Source: Trichinella spiralis (taxonomy: Eukaryota). From it: DNA of 64,000 bases. The number at the start of each line of letters is the position of its first letter. Position 1 is the stretch's first letter. A program made the translations under genes and the position numbers. The stretch lies in contig NW_003526943.1 in NCBI RefSeq assembly GCF_000181795.1, positions 11,274,007 through 11,338,006 of the forward strand, read 5' to 3'. Below, one piece after another: positions 1 through 14,000 of this stretch. The notes beneath the pieces are model-generated. The model did no database searches, had not been told where the DNA came from, and was given only the letters and a program-made list of their open reading frames with translations.

Positions 1-1442
1 TGATATCATCGGTGAGCAAAATACAGAAAAAACTGGTGTTCGGGAACTTTTTGAAAATTCCTTCGTAAGCACCAAAGTGAGTTGGTCATTTTCTTATTCT
101 ATATCTTTACAAATGAATAATCATTTTTTAATATTAATAAATTATTTAAACTAGAAAAAAAATTTAAACTGAACTTTTCATATGGTAACTTTTTAGTAGA
201 AAAATAAATTTCTTTTTGGTAATGATTGTTGTATTACAATTTATTATCAGTTATAAAAACGATTATGCTTGTTAATTTCGCTTTAATTTAATTGATCGTC
301 GTTTTGCATGTTGAGTAAGATGTTTTGACGCATTTTTGATTGACAATTTTATTTTCAGGTGAAATTTGTCATGGAGAAAATTGAATTTCTTCGAAAATCA
401 ACCACAACTCCTCGAAACAAATTGTCAGTTGATCGTTGACATTTGAACATGTATTTATTATATTTTTTGTATGTTGTATTTTGTTTTTAGCGTGATTGTC
501 AGTCAGTGGGTAAAGCTGTTGGATATTCTAAGTGTTCATTTGAAGAAGAGAGGTATCAGTTTTACTTGCATATGCGGAGGTTTGAAAAATGAAGAACGTG
601 GTGAACGGATGGCGAAATTTAACAGAATTGATTCGGATCCAGAGGTGATAACAACTATTTTGCACTGGTGTCGGTTGCCGGTTTTGGAAATTTTAAGCTG
701 CCCTTTAATTTTCAGGTGATGTTATTGTCGTTAACGGCCGGTGGAGTTGGCTTGAATTTAACAGGCGGCAATCATCTTTTTTTGATGGATTTACATTGGT
801 GAGTTTGTATTATATTAAACGTTCTAAAAAGGCGATATCGTTCGTTTTCTTTTCTGTAAATCAGGAATCCTGCTCAAGAGCTGCAAGCTTCAGACAGAAT
901 CAATCGTATTGGTCAAACGCGAGATGTTGTCATTTATAAGTTAGTTAACCGTGAAAATTTACTCTTCTTCATATTTTACCGTGTTCTTTTTCTTGTGTTT
1001 CCAGAACCGTTTGCTCTGGGACAATAGAAGAAAAAGTTCTGAAATTGCAAGAAGAAAAACTGGCATTGGCGGAAAGTGTACTTTCGGGGTAATTAAAATC
1101 ATTGTAGATTTAGCAAGAGCTAATCTGTTATTTATTTTAAATATTTCTTAAATTGTATACGATTTATATATATGTATATATATATATACGGTGTAGAAGA
1201 TGTGCATTGAATTGCACTTTTAGTGTTTACTCGAAGAGAATAGTTTTCATATTGGGTTATAATATAATTATAATAATAATTTGATTGATTGTTTGTTTTT
1301 GTATTTGAATTGTAGAGTAGCACGTCAAGATCCACGATTGTTGTCACTGAACGATTGGAAATTTTTGTTCAATTTGGAAAATTCAGAACATCCAGCAGTG
1401 AAGCCCGTCATGCAGAAGGGTTTTTTGAAACGAAAAAAATAA
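1..1442 (+). CDS. TTF2: SNF2-family helicase, C-terminal part; transcription termination factor 2 (TTF2/lodestar)-like; 5' truncated by the window edge
   Basis: GT-AG exons ~1-76, 359-423, 491-643, 716-798, 865-938, 1004-1088 and 1316-1442 splice in frame. They give ...[16 protein letters not shown]...[81 protein letters not shown]..., i.e. HELICc motifs IV-VI typical of the TTF2 subfamily. Stop TAA at 1440-1442. Confidence 0.85.
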
Positions 1443-3625
1443 TTCAGTCTCAGAACGATTGACACGCATAATGCGGATGTTGAAGTATTTTTTTTGTTGT
1501 TTTTATTTTTTTTAAATTTTTAAATTTTTTATATTTTGTTTGAAATTATTTACAATTTTGTGGAAAAGGGGGTGTGTTGAATTAAAAGTTATGTCGAACA
1601 ATTTCGACCGTCTTCTATCTTGTGAATCCATGAAAATGAAAATATTTTACTTCCACCAGATTGTTACTTTGTGCTGTTATTTGAGCAAAAAATGTTTATT
1701 TACTATTTTATTAATTGATTTGTGCATTATAATTGATGCCTCGTGGGCAGGCAGTATTTGCCTTACGTCATTCAACAATCCTGAATCGCACATTGCACTG
1801 CACACTATTTACCGTTTTTGTTGTTGTTTTTCATGGTTTTTTGTTTTTTCATCAGACTAGCAGAAAATAATTTCTCACGAATGCTAGTTGAAATAGCAAA
1901 ATGTAATGACAGTGTTTTTAAAAAATTATTTTTTTAATATTTTTTTTGCTATTCTGCTGTAGTAGTTGTTGGAATGCCAACTGCAGCACACTTTTGTAAC
2001 TCTAACATAATGATAAAATATGTTTCAGTTGTTTATTTGTTAGTTATTTTTATAATGGAATTTTCAGAATTGTTTATTCACATGGAGTCAGTTTATTTAT
2101 TCCTGAAAAGCAGCCAAAAAAAGTATACCGTTCACTGAAAAGGTTCAATAAATAAATTTTTAAGCAGTGGGCAGTGATGTATTTTTTAATAATGACGAAA
2201 TTGTACATAAAAATATAATCAAAAATAGAAATTGTTGTCTGCATTTTGTTTATGTATTTATCATTATTAGTTTTATTTATTATTTATCATTATACGATGA
2301 TTATAGATTGCTTGCTATTTGTTCTTTTAAAAATTTTGACAAACTCAAGCATATGATGATGAATGCTTTCATATATATATTTATATTTATATTTATAAAT
2401 ATTCTTGAATACTTTTCATTTTTCTTTATGGATAACAATCAATAATAATTTAATGCTGTTTATTGATGAAAAACTTCAAGTGAAAATATTCTGTAAATTC
2501 TAAAGGGGGTACCACAGGAGAAAATATATTTAGTAGTCGTTTCGTTGTGCTAATAATATTCTTCACCGTTTTCTAACTGTAAAAATTTTAATATCTGAAC
2601 AATAAATGTGGATGCAATGTTTTGTTTGTCATGCTGCAGTCCAAATTTATTGCTAACCTGCAATTTATTGTGGTTATATGATTATTTGCAGCGTTGTTGA
2701 TTTAATGGGGCGTGGGTTTGCTTGTTCAGGTTTAAAATTCTGATCATCAAAAAATCAAAATTTTTTAAATTTATTTTTCCAGTAGTGCGTAAATTCTAGT
2801 GGCGTGCCGTGATGAAAAAACACTTTTGAACTACGTTAAATTAAATTACATTTCGACTGAAAAAAGAACTCAAATTTGCGCAGTCAATATTTGTCACGAT
2901 ATTATTGAGGCACATTTTAATATTTTTCTATTTTAAACAATCAAATCTTGTTATTTTTGTGAAACGTGTGACAACAGTAAACAAAGCTGATTATATGAAA
3001 AAAGCAAACAAGTGAATTGAAAATTTTAAGTGCGTTATTTATTATTGCATGTTGAGATGTAGAAGAGCTGAAGTAATTTTTATTTGGTACTGATTTTTTA
3101 AAAAAGTAAAAGAATTTATGAAAATTTTCAAAACACATAATAATTCTCAACTTTATATTGTTTGCTTAAAAAATTTTGATATCTTCATTCTTAATTTTAT
3201 CTATTCGAAACAGCGAACGAACGAAAACGTAAAAATAACACCGTATGAACAATAAGCTTTTTCCTAAAAAGCCTACCTAGAAAAGAAAATAATTTTAATT
3301 GATCTCAATTTGCTTTTTTACTTTTTGTTATACTTACTACTTGTTATTAATTTACTTACAAAATTTTTTACTGAAATATTCTTTGCACTGTCAGTTAACT
3401 TTAGCTTGTTTAGGTCAGAAGGCAGATTTATATCTAATTTGGGATAATTATTAGGATCTGTGGCAAATCAACATTTATCAACAATGTGAAGGTTGAAATT
3501 TAACTTCTACTTGACTTGGGCAAAATCCATCCGACAAGCCAGCTAATAAACCAAATTTTTGTATTAGTCAACTGTTGATCTCAAACATAAGGATGAAGGA
3601 TACTACCAACTGTAGATGACTGCAA

Positions 3626-3652
3626 CTACTACTACTACTACTACTACTACTA
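3626..3652. repeat. (TAC)n microsatellite
   Basis: ctactactactacta... run seen directly. Confidence 0.9.
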
Positions 3653-4058
3653 GTACAACTAGTATAAGAGGTAGATGCAACTGAAGTAACTTATGCATAA
3701 GAAATGAGGAATGTGTTATAGATGAGGCGAGAGGCATTGTTCTGTATGGATGGGTTCACATTCTATTGAAAACTCTGAGTAATTTTTTTTATCATAGCTA
3801 ATTACTAGAGTAGGCCAAAAAGCCAAGAATACTGAAAAAGAAAATATAAAGCACACCTCCAGAAGATGAACCAATTCTTTGAAACTGGAATGATATATTT
3901 CAAAAAATTTACGATGCATAAACATTTGTTGATTAATTAAGAAAAAAAAGACAATTTCTCTAAATCAGTAAATTTTAATAAAAACATATTCGTTTATGGT
4001 GTTATGATTCAGTTATTTATTAAGAAGATAAATTTTTTGAGCAAATTACAAACGTAAG

Positions 4059-4967
4059 ATGCCTTCCATTGTGCACAACTATATCATGCATATGGGAAGT
4101 GTCGATTTAAACAACATGCTCTCTGGTCTGTATAGAGTCAATCGTAAAAGCCGAAACTGGACGAAAGCTGTTTTTTGGGTTACTGTAATTGCAGCTACAA
4201 ACGGATGGCTGCTGTATCGAAGAGTGTATGAACTGTTTTTTGGGCAAAAAACGGACAGCATGGATTTACTGGCCTTTGTGATCAGCATAAGTGAATCACT
4301 TTGTCTTACAAACAAAGCGGTTATATCACGACAGAGAAGTAGAAGGGATAGTACTATGGAAGAAGTAGCTGAGCCAAGCACGTCAACCGAGGCAAGATCA
4401 ATGCCGCCAGTTGTGCATGATGCGCAGTAAGATAAGGTAGCGCATTGGCCAGATGTAGGAAAAAAGTGAAAAAGATGTCGTTACTGTTCAAAAGTATCTC
4501 TTGTATATTGTATAAAATGTAACGCACCTTAGTGTTTGAGCAAAACAAGAAAGTGTTTTCAGCTCTTTTATAAATAGACCTCATTTAATCACTTCCGTAG
4601 AATATAATTTTAATATACTGAACTTGGCTAACACAAAATTTTACTTCCCACTATATTAAATTTCCGTACTGTATATTTTCCGTATTGTAATTGGTCTCAA
4701 TAAAGGCAAATAAATAGCGCTGATAACAAACAAGTCAAGAGAATTGAAAAAAAGGTGAAAACATGACGATTACAATTCACATTATCATGTATGACACTGT
4801 TCATCACCAGCCCAAAGTATCATATATGATACATCTCAAAATACTAGAACCGTGCCAGTTATTTTTTCTCACACATCTCGTACAATATCACATCCCTAAG
4901 AGCATTCATTCCTCAAGTTTCCAAATACTTCTGACAGGGAAAAATAATTCAGGACTGAAAGGGTTAA
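4059..4967 (+). mobile_element. piggyBac transposon remnant: transposase C-terminal fragment, decayed Cys-rich domain and putative right end
   Basis: ORF 4059-4430 MPSIVHNYIMHMGSVDLNNMLSGLYRVNRKSRNW...AATNGWLLYRR matches the piggyBac P..V..YN..MGGVD..D motif. It continues past stops as HWPD...RCRYC...YCIKCNAP*CL...CF (Cys-rich domain). The terminus ...gactgaaaggg|TTAA at 4953-4967 fits a piggyBac end plus TTAA target. Confidence 0.85.
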
Positions 4968-5616
4968 TTTAAAAGGATATTATTACTGTCTTGTAATAAA
5001 TTTCACTAAACTGAAATAATATATTTAACTTAAAATCTAAAAATAGCTCAAACATTAACGTGCACATTATAAAATACGTAAATTATTCAGTTTATTTCAT
5101 TGTGCGATGGTGGATGTTTTGAAACTGAAGTATGTAAAACAAATTTTCTATTAATCAAATTTGTGAATTAAAGAAAATGCCGTATAATTTGGGCAAATCA
5201 AATATCAATATATATTTCTTAATATGTTTACATTTAATTGTTCAATCTGATTATTTGCATACATTGTGTGTTATGAGACGAAGTTGCAGATTGGAACCGC
5301 CGATCTGGTGGAGGATTGCGGCTGGCATGTGGGATTTATTGTTGAACAATTTTCCGTTTATAGCAAGACATTTGCGGAATAAAAATCTGAAATAACAGCA
5401 GTATGTAAGCAACAGCTGTTCTAATAGGCAGCTCAAAAATCAACTTTTTAATTTGCGCAAACGCTGCTTACATTGCATTTTGCAATAGGATAAAGCATTG
5501 TAATAACAACTTTTAATCACTGATTTTTTGTAGCGTTTTCTCATTCGTCAGAAATTATTACTTGACGAAACAAGCAGTTTGTGCTTGCATGATTTGTTTT
5601 TTGCTGCTGTTCTGCA

Positions 5617-7443
5617 ATGGATATTCAGCTTTATCAAAATTTGATGATGATATTGATGGAAAATCGGTTTCCTGAAAATTTGGATGCCAAAGGCAGGAAA
5701 AAACTTCAACGCATGGTTCGTCGAAGCAGTGACCGATATTTTTGCCTTCAAAATGGCATGCTAATGCATAGAAGCAAGTTAAAAAAAGTTGTACGATACA
5801 GAATTGTCGTCTGCGGGGATGAAACTAAACTTAAAGTGTTAGAAACTCTGCACGGGCGTGGCCCGACAGTACCGCATGTTGGATGGAATAAGCTTTTCGC
5901 GTAAGCTTTCCCTCTTTTGTATTTTTTGTAATTTTAATTTTAAATATTTATAACATTACTGCGCAACAATTATCAATTTAATTTCAATTTTTTTTCTTTA
6001 AATTCATCACTGAGTTGATTAAAACCTTCGATTTAAAGATATCCTTTTCCCATTGAAGCTTGTGTATTGGGATTAGAATAATATTGTTGTCAGTGTATGA
6101 TCATTTTTGTATGATTCAGTGTATGCATGAAAAGCATCCAAGCATGAAGAAGTGACAGAGATTTATTCAAACACAAAGAAAGCATATTAGAGTCGCTGCT
6201 TTTGGCATATGAATCGTTGAAATGCAATTTCATATCTTCTCTAAAGCTCATCTGAAATCTTTCATTGCTTTTTGAAAATAAATTTTAAAAAATTATCTTT
6301 TTCATAAATTAATATTTTTAAAAATCTGTTTGCAATTATTTATTTTTTGAACATCATTTCTCTCTCAATTTAAGCGTTTTGAAATTGAAATTGCAAAATG
6401 ATACATGGATGTTTTGCCGGTTCTGCAGTTTTCATCACTTTAACTTAAACAAAAATCATTCGATGATAACACATTCAGAAAAAAGAACATTTTTGCATCA
6501 ATTACGATTAAGCATTTTATGACAAATAATTTAAAATTTGCTCTCTTGAATCTGTTTTTAACTGATTTAGATTTCATTTAAACAATGTGTACATGCAGCA
6601 GCTGTGTTTCATATTATTCATGACGATGCAGTGTCATTTTATTATGTTTCCAGTTTTTACATTAAAATATTATTATGAACTGCTTTTTACATTCATTACA
6701 GCTAAATAATTCAGACAATAACACATGGCCATCAAGGTATTGTGCTTTTATAACTGATCAATTTTCAGCATACGTTCTAGTGCATTCAAGCGGCTATTGG
6801 ATTTCTTTATTTTGCTAAATTAATTCTTTGATGAAATAAATGCACTTCATAAAATTGATTCATTTTATAAATTTAAAGTATCTTCAAAATAATTTCGCAC
6901 AACTGACCTCATCAGAAATGCATTCAGAAGCTATTGCTATTTAAATGCTGCAATTATTTGATGAGACATTTAAAAAGTTTAATATAAAACCTATTTTAAA
7001 TTTATTACCAACTTAGCCTTTTATAATTGAGATTTTATTTGAATTCATTACAATAAATGGAATGATTTGAATTTTCTGACTTTTTACTTTTCTGTTTCTA
7101 AACATTCCATTTGTAAATTATGGCATCTTTTATGATTATTTACCAATGTTATTTCATAAGTAATTCATTTTTTTGATATAATTAATTTAAAATTATCTCA
7201 TTACTAAATTTATCTCAGTAATTTCAATCAACTTCTTTGGTTATTTACATATGCATTGTGAATAAGTGGAAATAGTAATTTTATTTTTACTTTACAATCA
7301 ACAAAACACTGCTGATAAACAGAAGACGTCATTTATTGAGTATGCAAAACAGTTTATAATTTCGTCACATGCATAATTTTTCTCTTCATAAATAAATATT
7401 TCATTCGTAAATTTACTGCTCAGTGTTGATATAACGCACAGTA

Positions 7444-7475
<32 letters not shown>

Positions 7476-7853
7476 CATATATATATATATGCATGCAAAA
7501 TTTTAAAGAAAAATTGTTGAGCAAAAATCTTCAATTATTGCTGTAACTGTTTTAAAAAATTTTTGTTTAATATTCATAAAGTTCATTACTATAATTTGTA
7601 ATGTGTTTAATTGTATTTTAGGTTAGCCTCTTCCAGATTTTTTTGGAGAAATATGGTGAAAGATGTACGTGAATTTTGTAAAAATTGCACAGAGTGCCAA
7701 GCAGATTTAGCCAAAAATGACAATACTTCCGTGAAGTTGAATCTTGACACTTCCACCCAGGCTAAATGTAAAGCGTCAGAAGATGGGAAATGTCAAATCC
7801 AAAAACCACAGCATACTCAAAATTCAAATCATTGCTGGAGACCTTGGGAATAA
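5617..7853 (+). CDS. Two-exon gene (~171 aa) encoding a GIN1/Ginger-like integrase zinc-binding (H2C2) domain without a catalytic core
   Basis: Exon 1 5617-5900 (donor gc|gtaagc) and exon 2 7622-7853 (ttttag|g) join in frame to give ...KLKVLETLHGRGPTVPHVGWNKLFALASSRFFWRNMVKDVREFCKNCTECQ... This is H-x7-H...FW...CxxC, as in gypsy/GIN1 integrase N-termini. The protein ends RPWE*. Confidence 0.75.
7443..7490. repeat. (TACA)n/(TA)n microsatellite in the intron of the H2C2 gene
   Basis: atacatacatac...atatatat seen directly. Confidence 0.9.
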
Positions 7854-8639
7854 AAATCTACCAAGAAAAATTATGAAAGTGAAACTTTATTTTCTTATGT
7901 ATATTATTTTTGTAATAATTAGTTTCAGAATAGCATTTTTAATAAATTGTAAAAATTATTTTGATGAGAATTATTTCAAAAATATTTTCAAAATAAATTA
8001 ATTAAATGAAAAAGATATTTATTCTCTTTGCATGTTTAACGCATGTTTTGCGTCATCATTCATAGCAATAATAATAATAATAATAATCAATAGCAATACA
8101 GCATTTCAATGTAATACAGTTAATTACGCAGTGCTCGAATTCTGATGTTTCACAATATATTGCACATTGCATTTACTTGCCAGATTCATTACTTGAAAAT
8201 AAAAATTCTTCCTTTTTCAACTGACGTGATGAAATTGAATTTTCATATATTTCGGCTGATGTTTTGGTAAACTCAAACGAACGACATCCCTGATTTCATT
8301 TATTTGTATTTTTACAGTTATTTTTATTCTATTGAGAAACTGCTAGGATTTCTTATTTTTATTTCAACTTTACATGATAGGTTTCATCTCAATTTCAGCG
8401 TAGTTTATAAAAAGTGTTTTAATTTAATATTTTAAGATTATAAAAACAAAAATGACAAATAAAATATCAATGATCCAGCACTGATAGTGCAAACTGAAAA
8501 TGTTATACATTTTATAAATATGAGCATAAACAAATAGATGAATCAAGATGAGAAATATTTTTTGTTCGAAATTTTAGTCTTGATCGAAGATGATTGCACT
8601 AAAATACTAACAACGATCATTAAGTCACACAATAATTAG

Positions 8640-10560
8640 GTTCAATAAGAGTCCAGCTATTACAGACGGTGACTCATGGCTATTTGGATTTTCTTGAGAT
8701 GAGACTGCCCAAACTGTTCCTCTAATTGTGTCGATATGCAAAATAAAATGCTTTTCAAATATTAAATTTCAATGCGACAGACAGATATGAACAACTGCTT
8801 GATCTGAAAAAGTTTTGCAACTCGTTTGACTTGCTTCTTCATTATCATTACTCTGGTGATGCTTTATACGAAGGTAAGAAGAAGCAATTCAAAAGAAATG
8901 CTAAAACTCTTTCACTCATATTCCTCAGTATGTCGTCTATACTTCTCCTGTCCAGACACTCTCTAATAAGCTATGTGATAATGGGTTTGAAGAAACTTTT
9001 GTCTTGCTTATTCTTCAGTCGAATTTTCCGAAAACGTCTTAACAAATTATGCAAGCAATCAATGTATTCCTCCTCAGCTCGCCCAGGCGCGATAATATTG
9101 TTGAAATGAGCAAATCTTCAAAATTTAGATGTTTTTTCAATTATTTTTAGCTATTGTTTATTTATTGTTTGAATGCTTATTGTTCATTATTTGATTTGTA
9201 TTAACCTTTGATTTGCAGTTTTCAAGTCATTATCACACAAATAGTAGAGTATTCAGTTCATTTAGAATGCAAAGTCATTTAAAAATAAAACGAGATTTAT
9301 TCGCATAATTTCATTCTGAATTTTATTGCAGCGTTTACAACAACAGCTTTCTGTTGTCACAAATGCTTGGTTTGATTTTTCATACAAGGTAGTGTAAAAA
9401 TTCGTCAAGAGATCAAAACTGAATCGCTTCCTGATTACGTAGTAGTAAAACAGTACTTACCGACAAAAGACTGATGATTTTACCAATGAACTAGATCACT
9501 CAATTAAATACTTTTACACGGAAATACACTTTTGTGCGTAAATACCTTTACACATTTATTATTAGCGTACAAACACGGAATAAAGGAATATTCTCAACAC
9601 GGAGAGACAGCAACGGAAGTAAGTAACTTTGGGTTATTTCATCCACTTATCTTGTGACTTCTTAAAATATCTTATAGTGACACCGATGATGCACACATGT
9701 AATAAAAAATATTCATCACTTCCTCAACATGTACAAAGTCTGGATACATTGGTTTTTCCTCATAGCAGATGAAGTTGGCAAGCAGGTCCCCTTTATAGTC
9801 CCTTTGGCAATCTGAATTTGCGTGGATCGAGGGATTCTGTCTCTAAAAAGCATCCCGTTTACCGGTAATTCTGATCAATATTTTTTTTCTTCTTCTGCAA
9901 GAACTGTCTCCAGTATCAAGTTTCAAATTTTCATTGTTTAATTTATGCTAAAATTAAGGATGTAATCGATCTCCACAGTTCTATAAACTGTGTTAGGAGT
10001 ATTTTCATTATGCTACCTTCCAATAATGGATTGGTAGCACATGTTCTTTCTTAAAATGGTTTGTGCGCTCCAAGGTACTCTTCCTATAAAAAAATGGGAT
10101 TGAGATAACATAATAACCTGATTTTTATAGTTTTCAAAATGGAGGAAATTCAGCAAACCACTGATATCATCAAGAGTTACCCCAGTTAAGGCATACATAA
10201 AAAATGATTTGAATGCAAAACGTTTTTGCAAGAGTTGACATTGTTTTTGAATTAATTCAATACAACGCCAGTCAACTTCAGAACCTTATATTGTGACTGA
10301 ATTATCACACTAAGTTATTTGCAGATGTTGTTTCTGGTTTCACTTTGCTTTTATAACTCTTCAACGGAAAGAAAAATTCAAACTATATAAAACCGACGGC
10401 GATGCACTTTTTGTTCACTTCGAACTGCAGAAACGTGTATTTGCAATTCTTTTCATATATTCTTCAAGTTCAGTCACTTCTTGACCAGTATGACAAACAA
10501 TTTCCGAATTCGCTTTGCTAAGAGCTTCTCAAATCATAGCAACAAAAATGGATAATTTTC
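8640..10560. pseudogene. Possible decayed coding remnant of unknown family
   Basis: Composition is less AT-skewed than the flanking DNA. Protein-like reading frames are broken by stops, e.g. minus-strand HFNNIIAPGRAEEEYIDCLHNLLRRFRKIRLK...IIT*LIRECLDRRSIDDILRNM and ORF 10013-10231. No family recognised and the strand is uncertain. Confidence 0.25.
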
Positions 10561-11050
10561 CTTAAATGATAAAGTAATTAAACAAAGCATCTCATAAAGT
10601 AAAAAACGACAAAAATCTGCCTTGTAACTTCAGCAACTTAAATAACTATTTTATAATACTTCATAATACCATACGGTATAAATAATGCACTTATATAAAT
10701 GCTCAAAAAATTAAACACTAAATATATTATTTTCCAAAATTATGAAAATATTAATATTTTCTTTCAGTATTAATAAAACATTGGTTTTTTAAATCTAAAT
10801 TTACCCCGACAAAAATCTATACTGAAATTTTCATGAAATGCTAATGTACTTAATTACACATTTTACAGCAATCTACAGTAGGAAAATGACGTTGCAAAAT
10901 GTATTATCATTTACATTTACAGAAATTGTTTATTTAATTTAATGTTAGAATTTGTTTATTTTTTGTGCTTAGCAATATTCTCCATAATTTCATGACAGAA
11001 TTGGTAATTATATCTTTTCATAGTTTTCATTATCGTATATAATATTAATC

Positions 11051-14000
11051 ATGTTTAAGAATATTAAATCAGAATTGCCACATTCAATTTTTTTCTTGAT
11101 CGCTTTGTTGATTTCTTCTTCTTGTGTATTTTGCTTTGAATTTTACGATGTCGACGAAGCAAAATATGGAATTTATGAAGTTTCAATTGATCGACTACCG
11201 GTTTCTCGAAATACGGTGTTTGCAAAAGATGAAATTAAAGATACAAATGCTGATAGTTTAACACCAGTGAGTTGGAGTTTGGTCATTTTTCTAGACAAAC
11301 GTTTATGAAATTTTCTTGATTTTGAGCAGTCAGATGTAAATAAGAAATCTTTGATTGTCACTAGCAAACACGGTGTTGAATTTTTTTGTACCGTTCCAAA
11401 AGTCGATTTTGATATTATTCGACGTCGTCACGCAGAAAGTAAACTGCATCTGGGTAATGTGACCACAAAATCGATCACAGATGCTTTGGAAATACTGAAA
11501 AATACATGCCTGGGGAAAGTAAGTGAATTTCATTGATATTTTACTTTTATATGTGTGATGAATGGTTTAGACAGTTGGATGGTGGACGTATGAATTTTGC
11601 TATGGTAAATACGTGAGACAGTATCATACTGAAGGTTAGTTTTTAGCCGATGATGGATAAATTTTAATGTTTTTTGTATTTTTTTAAGATGGAAAAGTAG
11701 TCCAACCAACATTAATGCTGGGCATGTTTGGTCAGGACTACGACTGGAGCAATCACAGTGACGTAGTGGCAAAATTTGGAGATACGAAACAAAATGTATA
11801 CCATAGTCAGATTTTTACGAATGGAACAATATGTGATTTGAACAATGAATTTCGTCAAAGCGAGATTCGCTTCTTCTGTGATTTCGATTTCAACGGAGCA
11901 TATTTGTACAGTGTTGATGAGCCAGTGTCTTGTCAATATGTATTTAATGTCCATATCAGCACTCTTTGCCAGTTGCCTGCTTTTGTACCTCCTGAAAGCA
12001 AACCAGAGACATTGCGCATTTCTTGTCAGCCGATTGTAGGCGAACATCAGTCGTTACGTTTCAGAACTGAAGATTCCGGTGAGTTGTGAAAGGTCAACCA
12101 AATTAAAATGGAATACATATATCTATATGTACACATGTAGGTACATGTGTACGTATGATTGTATGCATGTTGACAAAAAATTATTCTGATTTTGAAGTTC
12201 AGTTGGATCTTGATTCTGTCGCGCATTGTTTGTTATTATTACATCGCCTGCTACTTATGTTTTATAGTTATATTTGATATTTTTATGAATTTCAAAAGTT
12301 TGTTATGAATTATTTTATACTGGTTGAACCTATTAAATTTAGAAACTGTTTCTTGGAAGTCACCTTCTAAACGAAATCATATCGAGAGCAGGAAAAAGTC
12401 GAACAACATAAAAGACGAAATTGAGGCGGATAAATTGCTTGATGAACGGGAAAAAGTACTGGAGGGTAAGCTTTCCAAAAACTTAGTGGGCAGCTTGTCA
12501 TTTGAAATTCATTGGCGCATCCTTTCAGAAGTTTTCAAAGGGCATCCATTGATAAATATTGACTTCAGCTTGACAACAGACGAAAATAATAATCATGTGA
12601 ATAACGCTGAAGAGGCTGACAGCATGAATTCTGTGAAAAATGAAGAATCAGCTTCCGCTACGAAATCCAGTGAGTTTATTTAACCATTAATAAATTGGTA
12701 AATTTACATTCTACCCAGAAAAAATACACATAATATTTTTATTTATTTTAATAATTTTTTATTGTGGCATTCAAGAACAGTCTTACTGTAATACATTTGT
12801 ATTGTTCTTTTATTAATAATTTGGGAAAAAAATTAAATTTTATAATCATATGATGTTAGTATACATGTGCATTGTTGATTCAGATTTGTGTAAAACTATT
12901 TGTGGAAATAAGTAATAATGGGAAATGAGAGATTTGTTTTCAAATTGAATGGTTGACATTTTCATGTATAAAAAGTTATGCCATATGTTGTTGCTTTGTT
13001 AAGAACATAAAATGTTAAAGTTAATCAGTTAATGTGTATTCAGAAAAATGTATTACTGGTCTTTTTTGAATGTAAACTGCAGTTATCACAGTGATAATGA
13101 AAAGCAGGCGTTATGTGTGATTGAGTTTTTTTGAAAATTTATAGAAGATTCTTGGACTACTTGCCCTCACATGCCAGGGCATTTTGAAAGCACATAATCA
13201 CATATGATTCTGTCATAAAGTTGACTTAAATTTATGAAATCAGGTAGTTTTGACTAGTTGAATGGTATTTTGGTGAGAGTTTGTAATTTAGATTTTATTA
13301 ATTTATTCATTTTAAGCTTTAAAGCGTGAATAGCAAATTGATTTTATAGCTGAAATTTATTTATTATTGAAGAAAAGAAGTAGCTTATTTTAACACAAAT
13401 GCGGCAATGAATATTTTAAGATTAAATATTTAATTTTAAAGATCTGTATAAAGATCGATTTTAAAATATTATTATTTATTGATGATTAATGGGTGTAACG
13501 TTGATAACATTTTTTTAGCAACTAAGATTGCTGATTCACTGAAATCTTTAGTAGAAACGAATGAAATATCAGTAAGTATATTTGTTTATTTATTTATTTA
13601 TTCATTCGAAATTTATTTAAAATGTTTACTTCTAATTTAGGATGATAATGATGAAAAGGAATTGCGGAAAATATTAAATGATGGACAAGCAGAGGACGCT
13701 CAGGATGTTGATGTGACTGATGTGTTGAAGGAATTGCAGTTGGCTTTAAAAATTTTGAAAGAGTACAGACGTAATGGAGTGAGCAAAAGGCCGAATCCAT
13801 TTTTGCCGGATGAAAAAGATCATAATAATCTATTCGACGAATTATTTAATGATTCCAAGAACAATGTATCAGGTGACGAGGAAGAAGAAGAAGAAGAAGA
13901 CGACGACGACGATGATGATGATGACGCTAATGATGAAGTTATTCCTGGATCATCAAGAGGCGAAAAGATGAAAGTAAGAGTTGCAGTGAATAGGATAAAA

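Noticed and set aside
10013..10231. Resemblance of YALTGVTLDDISGLLNFL to the SNF2/SHPRH motif III region
   Set aside because: No DEAx motif or other helicase motifs were found in adjacent frames; too weak to name.
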